This document shows positions 43,699 through 52,067 of a stretch of 52,067 bases of DNA, piece after piece. This DNA comes from an uncultured Candidatus Saccharimonas sp. (GTDB lineage: Bacteria; Patescibacteriota; Saccharimonadia; Saccharimonadales; Saccharimonadaceae): NCBI GenBank assembly GCA_964531915.1, contig CAZHFQ010000001.1, positions 1 to 52,067 on the forward strand, written 5' to 3'. Below the pieces are notes generated by a model. That model was given only the letters and a program-made list of their open reading frames with translations. It searched no databases and was not told where the DNA came from. Made by a program: the position numbers and the translations under genes. The number at the start of each line of letters is the position of its first letter. Position 1 is the first letter of the stretch.

Positions 43699-44250
43699 CT
43701 AAAAAGTCTCTGGGAATGCTAGGACAAGAGCTGTAATTAGCGGAGTAGTGTTGAACTTTCCAGCCAGCCTGAGTTCTTTGAGTTTGCTGACGGGAATAAG
43801 CTGGACTTCTCCTATCGTTTCGGTAGCTTCATGCCCTATATCAGTGATTTTCTTTGCATTCTTGGCGCGAATCATATAGTTTGTGTGTTGAATTTTAGAT
43901 GGGTAAACATAAAACTCACCTATTAACTCAAGCTCCGTTGACTCGTACCCTGTTTCTTCGAGTAATTCTCTTGCGGCAGCTTGAATCGGAGTCTCTTCTT
44001 TGTCCATCCCACCAGCAGGAAGTGTAAGGATAGTTTCATCAACAGCATACTTATATTCATCAAAAATTATCAAATTGTGTTTTTCGTCGGTTGCAATGAC
44101 GATAATACCATCAGGAAGCTTAGCAACGCTATAGTCGTTTATTGTTTCCCCGTTCGGAAGACATACGGAATCTTCGTATACCTGCATATGTGGCGTATCG
44201 TATATGTAACGGCGTGTTTTTCTTTCCCAGGATTGGTGTTTGTGATTCAT
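43699..44250 (-). CDS. NUDIX hydrolase
   Basis: The Nudix box is GGMDKEETPIQAAARELLEETGY. It lies adjacent to gmd, as gmm/wcaH does in colanic-acid-type clusters. Confidence 0.8.
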   Translation of the reverse strand: MNHKHQSWERKTRRYIYDTPHMQVYEDSVCLPNGETINDYSVAKLPDGIIVIATDEKHNLIIFDEYKYAVDETILTLPAGGMDKEETPIQAAARELLEETGYESTELELIGEFYVYPSKIQHTNYMIRAKNAKKITDIGHEATETIGEVQLIPVSKLKELRLAGKFNTTPLITALVLAFPETF

Positions 44251-44261
44251 GAGTCGATATG

Positions 44262-45257
44262 CTATATCTTTTCGGACTCAATTGTTAGGTCGTTTTTTAC
44301 CATTAAAGCAACCAAGCCTTTGAAATCTACTTTTCGCCTCCAACCTAACGCCTTTTCTGCTTTCGAAGGGTCACCGAGCAGTATATCGACCTCTACAGGA
44401 CGCATAAAGGCTGGGTTTTGTTTTACGTATGGATGCCAGTCATCAATCCCAATCTGATTAAAGGCTTCTGTTAAGAAATCTTCGATTGAATGCGTCTCGC
44501 CCGTCGCAAGAACATAATCGTCCGGTTTTTTTTGCTGTAACATTCGCCACATACCTTCTACATAATCACCAGCATAACCCCAATCACGCTTTGGCCATAG
44601 GTCACCTAGTTCAATATGGTCTTGAAGACCAAGTTTAATTCGCGCTACGGCCTTGGTTATTTTACGTGTGACGAATTCATCGCCGCGACGCTCACCTTCG
44701 TGGTTGAATAGAATGCCGGACACAGCAAACATCTTGTAACTTTCTCGGTAGTTTTTAGTAATCCAGAAACCATATAGCTTTGCTACACCATATGGACTTC
44801 GAGGATGGAACAACGCTTCTTCGTTATATCCCTTTTCCGGACGATTATAGTCCAGGCCACCGAACATTTCGGAAGTAGACGCTTGGTAAAAGCGAACTTT
44901 ATTTTTGGGGTCGGTCAAACGAATAGCCTCTAGCATATTGAGAACGCCCTTACCAGTAACATCTGCGGTCAACTGAGGGTTCTTAAATGAATAACCAACA
45001 TGACTAATAGCAGCAAGATTGTAAACCTCATCTGGTTTTGCAGCTGTCATGGCACGAACCAATGACGATTGGTCTGTCAAATCGGCCTCAATCAAAGTTA
45101 CGTATGGAAATTCTGCAGCCACTTTTTCGCGTTTTGGATTATGTTGTCCTCGAATAACTCCAAACACTTCGTAATCCTTGTCGTGAAGGAGTTTTGCAAG
45201 GTGTCCACCGTCTTGGCCGGTAATACCAGTAATTAATGCTCGTTTTTTTATAGTCAT
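44262..45257 (-). CDS. gmd: GDP-mannose 4,6-dehydratase
   Basis: ALITGITGQDGGHLAKLL, SPYGVAKLY and NHEGERRG are signature segments. Confidence 0.9.
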   Translation of the reverse strand: MTIKKRALITGITGQDGGHLAKLLHDKDYEVFGVIRGQHNPKREKVAAEFPYVTLIEADLTDQSSLVRAMTAAKPDEVYNLAAISHVGYSFKNPQLTADVTGKGVLNMLEAIRLTDPKNKVRFYQASTSEMFGGLDYNRPEKGYNEEALFHPRSPYGVAKLYGFWITKNYRESYKMFAVSGILFNHEGERRGDEFVTRKITKAVARIKLGLQDHIELGDLWPKRDWGYAGDYVEGMWRMLQQKKPDDYVLATGETHSIEDFLTEAFNQIGIDDWHPYVKQNPAFMRPVEVDILLGDPSKAEKALGWRRKVDFKGLVALMVKNDLTIESEKI

Positions 45258-45312
45258 TTAAAATATCTCCTCCAAATTAGGTCTAGTAATTGTAATTGAT
45301 ATTATACCATCT

Positions 45313-45861
45313 CTATCGCGAATAGTCGTCGGCTAGTCGGACAATATCATCTTCACTAGAAAGATTTTGAGAGTCTGTATGTTGCCATATTTCAGTAACT
45401 AATGTGTATGCAGCCGCACGGCCGATAAGTCGGTGGCGTTCTTGTGCCGCAAACTGTACTGTTTCACCAGCGCACACGGATTGGACACCTTCCTCTTGAT
45501 CCGTCAGACTTTTATCGTAAAGTCCGTCGGTCAAGAACGCCCACCGTTCAGCTCGCAAGTTATGGTATTGCCAACTTAATCTTTGGCTCGGTGACACAAC
45601 TAAGATTTTGGGGCTTAATTCGGCATCGTCGTTACCTAATTTTGCCTCAGATAGGGTTATTTCTGGGAAAAATTCCTCAACAAATAAATCTGCTTCATCA
45701 TTTGAAAATCTTATGTAAGCGCCCCACGGTTTTTTATCATTCCGCTCAACCACCGTGAAGCCATGATCGGTCATTTGATTTTCAATTCCGTCAACTAATA
45801 GTGGCTTACTAGTTGATTCGCTAGTATCAATTTTTGATAATTCACTAATTAATTCTGACAT
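45313..45861 (-). CDS. Stand-alone cupin protein (type II phosphomannose-isomerase C-terminal domain-like)
   Basis: KPWGAYIRF...SWQYHNLRAERWAFL...ERHRL follows the cupin motifs of ManC/PMI C-terminal domains. Confidence 0.6.
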   Translation of the reverse strand: MSELISELSKIDTSESTSKPLLVDGIENQMTDHGFTVVERNDKKPWGAYIRFSNDEADLFVEEFFPEITLSEAKLGNDDAELSPKILVVSPSQRLSWQYHNLRAERWAFLTDGLYDKSLTDQEEGVQSVCAGETVQFAAQERHRLIGRAAAYTLVTEIWQHTDSQNLSSEDDIVRLADDYSR

Positions 45862-45911
45862 GATGTTTTCTGATTATAACATTGTGATTTTCCACCGTCA
45901 AAGGTGCTTGG

Positions 45912-46073
45912 ATGGCGTTTATATTAGGGCTTAAGAAGTTGGGTGAACGGTGGCAGATTCAAAAAAACAAACGCGTTTCAACAAAATACATCAAAAGTAT
46001 GCTGTGGAATGATTTACCACCAGACCAAACTGGACTTCGCAAAATGCGTAAGATGTTTACCGATAAGCAGTAG
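45912..46073 (+). CDS. Possible 53-aa basic small ORF
   Basis: Own translation gives MAFILGLKKLGERWQIQKNKRVSTKYIKSMLWNDLPPDQTGLRKMRKMFTDKQ. It is followed by the palindromic terminator. No homology claim is made. Confidence 0.25.
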   Translation: MAFILGLKKLGERWQIQKNKRVSTKYIKSMLWNDLPPDQTGLRKMRKMFTDKQ

Positions 46074-46101
46074 GTGGTATTTAGTAGATAGTAGATGGTA
46101 A

Positions 46102-46129
46102 CTTATTTACATGAATTCATGTAAATAAG
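46102..46129. terminator. Perfect 28-bp palindrome between convergent genes (bidirectional terminator candidate)
   Basis: CTTATTTACATGAATTCATGTAAATAAG is fully self-complementary. Confidence 0.55.
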
Positions 46130-46142
46130 ACTACTATTGCGC

Positions 46143-46460
46143 TCACGCATGAATTTTATCAAGATCGACACCAGCTTTGTCGGCTAGAACTTGGATATAT
46201 CGCTCTAATCGATTGATTTTATGACTCATTGCGGCCATCTCTTGTGCATAAGTTTCAAGTTTACCGGCATATCCGTCAATAATATTAGTTAGGCCATCAA
46301 AGCGTTTATCAAAACGTTCTTCAAGGTTATCAATGCGATTGTCAACCTTGTTAAAGCGATTGTCGACTTGCTGAATAAATGTTTGCATTACATCTAAAAT
46401 TTCGCCAGTTGACTTACTAACGATTGCTTTAACGTCATTTTTTGTTGCATAGTCGGTCAT
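46143..46460 (-). CDS. Coiled-coil hypothetical protein
   Basis: A 105-aa ORF with heptad-like repeats (VDNRFNKVDNRIDNLEERFDKRFDGL). Confidence 0.5.
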   Translation of the reverse strand: MTDYATKNDVKAIVSKSTGEILDVMQTFIQQVDNRFNKVDNRIDNLEERFDKRFDGLTNIIDGYAGKLETYAQEMAAMSHKINRLERYIQVLADKAGVDLDKIHA

Positions 46461-46614
46461 GACTTAATTATAGCACTATTCTATTCGTCGTATAACAAAA
46501 ATTTGAAAGTATTTTTTAATGCATATTTAAGTTATTGTTATATTGTTCGAGTTTCTTCGAGTTATCTGTGATTAAGGCAACGCGTTAAAGAAGCTGGGTG
46601 TTATACTAGTACTG

Positions 46615-47577
46615 ATGAAAAAAATCAGCATATTAATCCCCACCTACAACGAAGAGGAAGTTTTAGAACACCTATATCAACGCCTAGGTAAACTTGCCAA
46701 TGACAATAAGTCATATGATTTTGAATTTTTATTTTCTGATGACGGCAGCAAGGATAAGACCCTCGAGATAATCAAGGAATACGCCGAAAAAGACGATCGT
46801 GTTAAATATGTCAGTCTGTCGCGCAATTTCGGCAAAGAAATTGGCATGATTGCCGGACTGGATTATGCAACTGGCGATGCCACCGTAATTATTGACGCTG
46901 ATTTGCAAGATCCGCCAGAGCTAATCCCTAAAATGATTAAATATTGGGAAAATGGATATGATGATGTCTATGCCAAACGCAACAGTCGCGAGGGTGAAAC
47001 TTGGATAAAAACCCTGACGGCCAACGCCTATTATTGGCTGCTGGGGAAAATGACCCAAGGACAACTTATCAAAATCCCACGAAATACTGGCGATTTTCGT
47101 CTGCTTGATAAGCGCTGCGTCGAAGCCCTAAAACAAATGCGCGAATCAGAGCGCTATACCAAAGGCATGTTTAGTTGGATTGGTTATCGTAAAAAAGAAA
47201 TCACTTTTGACCGTGACCCCCGTGCAGCTGGTGAAGTAAAACAAAATTATCGAAAGCTCATCAACCTGGCAATTGACGGAATTACATCTTTTTCGACAAC
47301 ACCACTTAGATTATCATCGCTTTTCGGTCTGATTGTTTCGGTCGTGGCGTTTATTTATGTTGTATATATTGTTTTCAAGGCCGCTTTTTTTGGAGACCCA
47401 GTCGCTGGCTATCCGTCCATGATGGCCGTAATGCTATTTTTGGGCGGTGTACAGTTACTTTCACTAGGCGTAATCGGTGAATATGTCGGTCGCATTTTCA
47501 AAGAAGTCAAAAACCGTCCGCTTTACTATATTGAGGAAAGTAACATTAGTGAAAAACCTAGCAAAAAAACACGTTGA
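46615..47577 (+). CDS. GT2 polyprenyl-phosphate glycosyltransferase (GtrB/ArnC-like)
   Basis: Signatures are ILIPTYNEEE, FSDDGSKDKT and DADLQDPPELI, with two C-terminal TM helices. Confidence 0.8.
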   Translation: MKKISILIPTYNEEEVLEHLYQRLGKLANDNKSYDFEFLFSDDGSKDKTLEIIKEYAEKDDRVKYVSLSRNFGKEIGMIAGLDYATGDATVIIDADLQDPPELIPKMIKYWENGYDDVYAKRNSREGETWIKTLTANAYYWLLGKMTQGQLIKIPRNTGDFRLLDKRCVEALKQMRESERYTKGMFSWIGYRKKEITFDRDPRAAGEVKQNYRKLINLAIDGITSFSTTPLRLSSLFGLIVSVVAFIYVVYIVFKAAFFGDPVAGYPSMMAVMLFLGGVQLLSLGVIGEYVGRIFKEVKNRPLYYIEESNISEKPSKKTR

Positions 47578-48013
47578 AAAAATACGTTTTGGGGTAGTCG
47601 GCATCGCCAGCACTGCGATTGATTTTGGCGTCCTTTTCACCTTGGTTGTCCTTGGATTTCCTGCAATTGCCAGCAACTTTGTATCAACCTCGGTTGCAAT
47701 GGTTTTCAGCTTTTTCACAAACAAATCGTACACTTTTAAAGTTACCAGCAGCACCAAAAGGCACTTTGTATATTTTGTAATCATTACCGTTTTTGGGCTT
47801 TGGGTAATCCAGCCCATCATCATTCAGGGTTGGACCCTGATACTAGGTCCGTGGTTTACCGACAGCTGTCCGGTAAGTTTAATTGGCGATTTGCTTGGAC
47901 CATGGTTCAAGCCGGCATATTTGGTTCTTTTAATTAGTAAGTGTTTGGCGACTGCCGCCTCTTTGGTTTGGAATTACTTACTTTATCGTAAATTTGTTTT
48001 CATAAAAAACTAA
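47549..48013 (+). CDS. GtrA-family membrane protein
   Basis: KIRFGVVGIASTAIDFGVLFTL...FFTNKSYTFK follows the GtrA pattern. The GTG start at 47549 overlaps the end of the GT2 gene. The track start at 47477 would overlap it by 100 nt. Confidence 0.7.
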   Translation: MKNLAKKHVEKIRFGVVGIASTAIDFGVLFTLVVLGFPAIASNFVSTSVAMVFSFFTNKSYTFKVTSSTKRHFVYFVIITVFGLWVIQPIIIQGWTLILGPWFTDSCPVSLIGDLLGPWFKPAYLVLLISKCLATAASLVWNYLLYRKFVFIKN

Positions 48014-48090
48014 GCATAACCACAAATTAGACGCTATGTGTACAATATGCTATCGTGATAGTAAGTAGCAAACAAAAAGGAGGTTTTACG

Positions 48091-48720
48091 GTGTCCCTTG
48101 AACTAATGGCGAAAAATGAGGAAAAGTCAGAATTAACACCACATGAAACACTAGTAAAAGACTTAAGGGAGCAGTTTGAAACTGATTTGTTGGATTTGGG
48201 TGTTGTACATGAAATCCCACAACCCAAAAACCCGGATCAGACCATGGCATCTCACCCAGATCAAAGGTCTGGTGTCTTTCAAGATTTAAGAGCGGTTGTA
48301 AAAACCGGCCAGGAAATGTTTTTTGTAATTGATGCATCAATTAGGGTTAGTGTTGACCTTGATGGCTTTAGACGACCAAGTTATGTGAACAGCACCTTGT
48401 TTGCCAAACAAGTTCCTGGTGAAACTGCCCAGATTTTAGATTTTTCCAGACAACAAATCGATTTTGAGCAACGAGATATACCACGACACCTTAAGAAAAA
48501 AGTGGTTAGCCGTGACGCAGAATTCATTGTTGCACAAGGCGAAGATGGTGTATTTGGAATATTAAACGAGAATCCAGCCGAACCAATAGAAGTTTTCAAA
48601 CAAAAACTCTCTAGTGGTTCAGACGAGGAACCAAGTAAACTTATTTTGAGAGGTGATGATGCCTGGTGTGTCCATTCTAAACAAGTTTTTGGTGCCATTA
48701 AACAATCGATAATTGGCTAG
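48091..48720 (+). CDS. Hypothetical protein
   Basis: The ORF has a strong SD (AAAGGAGG) 7 nt before GTG 48091. No motif was recognised. Confidence 0.5.
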   Translation: MSLELMAKNEEKSELTPHETLVKDLREQFETDLLDLGVVHEIPQPKNPDQTMASHPDQRSGVFQDLRAVVKTGQEMFFVIDASIRVSVDLDGFRRPSYVNSTLFAKQVPGETAQILDFSRQQIDFEQRDIPRHLKKKVVSRDAEFIVAQGEDGVFGILNENPAEPIEVFKQKLSSGSDEEPSKLILRGDDAWCVHSKQVFGAIKQSIIG

Positions 48721-48762
48721 CAACAGACCGCAAGATAATTATCTGATGATATACTAATATTA

Positions 48763-49866
48763 ATGCGATATATTGCAATTGATGCCAGGATTATTAACAG
48801 CTCGACGGGAATGTACGTCGAACGTATCCTTCATTACCTGCAACAAATCGACAAAACCACAAAATACACGGTTTTAGTACGAGCCAAAGACAAAGATTTT
48901 TGGAAACCCAAAAATGATAATTTCAAAGTTATGGTTGCCGATTTTGACAACTATTCATTCGCCGAACAGTTTGGCTTTAAAAAATTCCTAGACAAACTAT
49001 CACCAGACTTGGTTCATTTCTGTATGCCTCAGCAACCAATTTTATACAAGGGTATCCATATCACCACGTTCCATGATTTGACACTTTTAAAAACATATAA
49101 TTCCGATAAAAACTGGCTAGTTTTCCACATCAAACAACTGGTCGGGAAGTTTGTTTTTAGATACGTGTTAAAAACTAGCAAGTATGTTTTGGTGCCTACC
49201 AGATATACGAAAAATGAGATATTGAAGTTTTCGAAAGTCTCTGCGGATAAAATTGCGGTTACACCCGAAGCAGCGGAGGTTTCAATCGGTGAAATCGTCC
49301 CATACAAACACCCATACGATAAATTTATTATGTACGTCGGACAACAAAGCGATTATAAAAATATAAAGGGGCTGGGGGATGCTCATCAAAAACTACTTCA
49401 AAAATATCCCGACCTTGGATTAATTCTGGTTGGCAGATTGAACGCAAGTGCGAAAATTAATCAAAATTATTTTACCAACAAAGGATATAAAAATATCTTG
49501 TTTACCGACTTTTTATCAACACCTCAGCGTGACTGGCTTTATAAAAATGCAGCCGCTTATGTATTTCCGTCACTAATGGAAGGGTTTGGTTTGCCGGGGC
49601 TCGAAGCGATGGGATATGGGGCTCCAGTCGTCAGTAGCAACGCCACATGCCTTCCCGAGGTCTATGATGATGCAGCCCACTATTTCGACCCAAACAGCAT
49701 AGACGACATGACAAGGGCTATAGACGAGGTTTTATCCGATGATAGTCTACGAAATAACTTGGTTTCAGAAGGCTATAAACAAATTGCTAAATATTCATGG
49801 CAACGAACAGCCAAACAAACCCATAGTGTTTATGTAGATGCTATCAGAAACTATGCAGAGCATTAG
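48763..49866 (+). CDS. GT4 glycosyltransferase
   Basis: The signature is MEGFGLPGLEAMGYGAPVVSSNATCLPEVYDDA. Confidence 0.8.
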   Translation: MRYIAIDARIINSSTGMYVERILHYLQQIDKTTKYTVLVRAKDKDFWKPKNDNFKVMVADFDNYSFAEQFGFKKFLDKLSPDLVHFCMPQQPILYKGIHITTFHDLTLLKTYNSDKNWLVFHIKQLVGKFVFRYVLKTSKYVLVPTRYTKNEILKFSKVSADKIAVTPEAAEVSIGEIVPYKHPYDKFIMYVGQQSDYKNIKGLGDAHQKLLQKYPDLGLILVGRLNASAKINQNYFTNKGYKNILFTDFLSTPQRDWLYKNAAAYVFPSLMEGFGLPGLEAMGYGAPVVSSNATCLPEVYDDAAHYFDPNSIDDMTRAIDEVLSDDSLRNNLVSEGYKQIAKYSWQRTAKQTHSVYVDAIRNYAEH

Positions 49867-49870
49867 TTTC

Positions 49871-49960
49871 GCCATTGGAATTTAGCTACTGGAATATGGC
49901 AAAACTCAAGTCCGCGCTAACAGCCAATAGCTATATTCTATATTCTATATTCCATTTGCC
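49871..49960. repeat. Intergenic repeat cluster related to the flanks of the four-helix-bundle gene, including 3 tandem TATATTC heptamers
   Basis: GAATATGGCAAA (49892-49903) is identical to 18882-18893. The 14-mers CCATTGGAATTTAG and CTACTGGAATATGG resemble CTATTGGAATTTGG, the reverse complement of the 19257-19284 unit. TATATTC occurs three times at 49932-49952. Confidence 0.6.
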
Positions 49961-49962
49961 AG

Positions 49963-50424
49963 CTATGAGCCAGATTGAGCAATTGTAAGTTTACGATCAA
50001 ATCCTTCGCCCTCGGAGAAGGTTTGGATGTCACCATATTCACTGGCGACTTTATGGACAATTCGCCTATCAGCCGCATTCATACTGACAATTTTTGAGTC
50101 GCCTGTTTTTTTGACTTCTTCGATCCATTCACGAGCTTGTACCGCGACGCGATCAGCTCGTTGTCTTTTGTAATCAGCAATATCAATATTTATGCGTGTC
50201 AGCAGAGCGTCTTTGCTGCGTAGAACAGTTGAAACAATATACTGAAGACTTCGAAGGGTTTCGGCATTTCGTCCAATCAAAAGACTATTTAACTCATTTG
50301 ATGGGACGGATAATTCAATAACGTCTTCGTCACATGTTGATGAAACTGTCAGGTTTGCCCCAAAAAAAGATAGTAAGTCTTCGAGATATTTTTGTGCAAA
50401 TTGAACTGATTCTTCTTTGTTCAT
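49963..50424 (-). CDS. jag: Jag/KhpB-like RNA-binding protein (KH plus R3H)
   Basis: The C-terminal R3H region is SMNAADRRIVHKVASEYGDIQTFSEGEGFDRKLTI. It sits in the conserved position after yidC. Confidence 0.8.
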   Translation of the reverse strand: MNKEESVQFAQKYLEDLLSFFGANLTVSSTCDEDVIELSVPSNELNSLLIGRNAETLRSLQYIVSTVLRSKDALLTRINIDIADYKRQRADRVAVQAREWIEEVKKTGDSKIVSMNAADRRIVHKVASEYGDIQTFSEGEGFDRKLTIAQSGS

Positions 50425-50508
50425 CCCGTTAGAATTCCTTCCATCGTATAAGATTATTTAAACTGGTATTTGGTTTTTTATTTGTTCGTATTCTAACGGG
50501 ATTCATTA

Positions 50509-51471
50509 TTATTTCTCCTTTTTACTACTCTCCCATGAGGCTGTATCTTTGGCCTTGATACGAATAATCTGGGCTGACTGTGCTTCTTTGGCTCGTGCCT
50601 TGGCGGTCGCTTTTTTATGATGCACAACTGGTGCCTCATCGGCAATCTCTATCATTTCATCGGTGTCTTCTTTTAGAATTTTCCCCTGTTGGAAAACAGC
50701 TACTAGATTAGAAACAGTATAATAAAGCGCTATCGCCCCGGGCAAATTAACCATAATAAAGAACATCATAATTGGCAAAAATTTTGTCATTGATCCCATC
50801 ATAATCGAGTTCATCTCGCCCTTATCGGCTTCTTTGCCGTCAGATGCTTCTTTCATAATATCGCGCAGACGTTTGCCTGTTTTGTTTTTAGGAGAAATTT
50901 GTTTAGCCATAATATATTGCGTTGCTGCCGCCCCAATGGCCAAAATAAGCAAAACTACGTTGATATTAAATGGATTTGCCGAAAAAGCGTTTTGTGTTAG
51001 GCTTAAAAATCCGAGAAACATTTCGTTGAAGTGATCCGGATGAGATATAAGATCTTGGACTGGGTCTAGAACCTTCATGAAACCATATGTATATTGATCA
51101 AGTTTATCCCTGTGAAGTGTGAATATTTGAATCACTTGATAAAGCGCGATAAAAATTGGCAATTGAATCAAAAGCACTAAAATCGAACGGAATGGGCTGA
51201 TGTCATGCTTTTTGTAAAGCTCCATCATTCGAACACCTTCGAGTTGCTTGTTGCCTTTTGTCTCTTTTTTGATTTTGGCAAGCTCGGGTTGCATTTTTTG
51301 CATAGCCTTGGTTTGATGTAGTTGTTTTTTAACTAGTGGCCACATCGCGAATCTAACAAGGATTGTGAAAATTATTACGGCAACACCAAAGTCGCCGCCT
51401 GGTATCAAGCTGTAAATTCCAATCAACAGATTAAAAATTGGTTGTACAATAAAGATTTGAAAAATATCCAC
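50509..51471 (-). CDS. yidC: Membrane protein insertase YidC
   Basis: WPLVKKQLHQTKAMQKMQPELAKIKKE...MELYKKHDISPF and five TM helices are present, in rnpA-yidC-jag synteny. Confidence 0.9.
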   Translation of the reverse strand: MDIFQIFIVQPIFNLLIGIYSLIPGGDFGVAVIIFTILVRFAMWPLVKKQLHQTKAMQKMQPELAKIKKETKGNKQLEGVRMMELYKKHDISPFRSILVLLIQLPIFIALYQVIQIFTLHRDKLDQYTYGFMKVLDPVQDLISHPDHFNEMFLGFLSLTQNAFSANPFNINVVLLILAIGAAATQYIMAKQISPKNKTGKRLRDIMKEASDGKEADKGEMNSIMMGSMTKFLPIMMFFIMVNLPGAIALYYTVSNLVAVFQQGKILKEDTDEMIEIADEAPVVHHKKATAKARAKEAQSAQIIRIKAKDTASWESSKKEK

Positions 51472-51549
51472 AGGTGTAAAAACTCCGAAACGGCACTAAT
51501 ATTATTAGCCCATTATAACAGTTTATACTTATTTTGGTACGGCTTTTAT

Positions 51550-51897
51550 TTACTTTTGTATGCCTGCTTGATGAAAAAGTTGATTTATTAATTGGATGGT
51601 TTCTTGATGTGTTAGATTGATAAAATCACTAGACGTAACAATAATCGCGATGTCATAAACGCCATTTAGCTCTGGTATTTTAGTGCGTATACATTCGTAC
51701 AATCGTCTTCGTATCAGGTTGCGGCGTACGGCACTTTTTAAAGTTTTTTTACTAACGACCACTGCAAACCGTGAGTCTTTGCGATGCTTGTTTGAAACAT
51801 ACTTAATAGTTACCGAGCGCAGACGGATGGCCTGCCCTTTTTTATAAACATAACCTAAGCTACTGTGTCCATGAAATCGATTTTTAAAAGGAATCAT
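51550..51897 (-). CDS. rnpA: Ribonuclease P protein component
   Basis: A basic 115-aa protein with the RNR-like motif KSAVRRNLIRRRLYE, lying upstream of yidC. Confidence 0.85.
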   Translation of the reverse strand: MIPFKNRFHGHSSLGYVYKKGQAIRLRSVTIKYVSNKHRKDSRFAVVVSKKTLKSAVRRNLIRRRLYECIRTKIPELNGVYDIAIIVTSSDFINLTHQETIQLINQLFHQAGIQK

Positions 51898-51948
51898 TTG
51901 TATATAATTATACCTTATAAATCGATGAAATCATGGTAGTATGTACCT

Positions 51949-52067
51949 ATGAAGGCAAGTGTTGAAACAGGAGCTAGAAAAACAGACCGTCTGCCTCAGT
52001 CTGAGTCCGAGTGGTTAGCAACAGGAATGTTTACACCTGAAACAATTGAGGATGGCGATTACCGAAT
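51949..52067 (+). CDS. 5' end of an unidentified ORF running off the window
   Basis: An open frame runs from ATG 51949 (MKASVETGARKTDRLPQSESEWLATGMFTPETIEDGDYR...). It is too short to classify. Confidence 0.25.
   Translation, partial: MKASVETGARKTDRLPQSESEWLATGMFTPETIEDGDYR

Noticed and set aside
43981-44457. A 158-aa plus-strand ORF bridging the Nudix and gmd genes
   Set aside because: It is antisense to two genes with strong motifs, and the frame crosses their intergenic gap without any signal.
47464-47823. A 119-aa minus-strand ORF over the GT2/GtrA junction
   Set aside because: It is antisense to two motif-supported genes.
51898-52067. Expected rpmH (L34) upstream of rnpA, or a dnaA/oriC region
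   Set aside because: No Arg/Lys-rich 44-aa frame exists on the minus strand. The only open frame is a plus-strand fragment with no DnaA-like N-terminus, and no DnaA-box clusters were recognised.
1-52067. Alternative genetic code (UGA recoding, as in some candidate phyla)
   Set aside because: Genes with recognisable families reach normal lengths under the standard code. Several end at TGA (for example fic at 1813-1815) without signs of truncation.

Overview
AT-rich bacterial window in two parts. This looks like a reduced-genome, possibly CPR/Saccharibacteria-like organism, but that is inference from gene content only. Part 1 (about 0.4-14.9 kb) is a composite accessory region anchored on a tRNA-Asn(GTT) gene. 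An intact large serine recombinase has its last 10 codons encoded by the complement of the tRNA 3' end. A decayed second copy of the same recombinase-end plus tRNA-end arrangement lies 9.8 kb away. The cargo is defence-like: a FicTA module with an unlisted VbhA-like antitoxin, an AbiL-like AAA-ATPase/RloB pair, a Schlafen/AlbA_2 protein, and a type II R-M system with a MerR-HTH-fused C5 methyltransferase. There is also an uncharacterised three-gene operon (DUF805 membrane protein, Zn-ribbon protein, DUF4160 fusion) that I cannot assign to any named system. On the 5' side of the tRNA, a small GIY-YIG gene is bracketed by a duplicated tRNA 5' segment. Part 2 (15-50 kb) is a large cell-envelope glycopolymer locus. 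It holds an O-antigen ligase-like protein, a priming phosphotransferase, several GT4/GT2/GT-C transferases, TagD/TagF, a Wzm/Wzt ABC exporter, FkbM methyltransferases, GDP-mannose/6-deoxyhexose genes, GtrA/GtrB and a bulb-lectin surface protein. Interspersed are prs, a SAM-I riboswitch with a compact metK, a PIN/RHH toxin-antitoxin pair and a four-helix-bundle gene flanked by 14-nt repeats. The window ends with jag-yidC-rnpA. No CRISPR array, rRNA gene or reverse transcriptase was seen.
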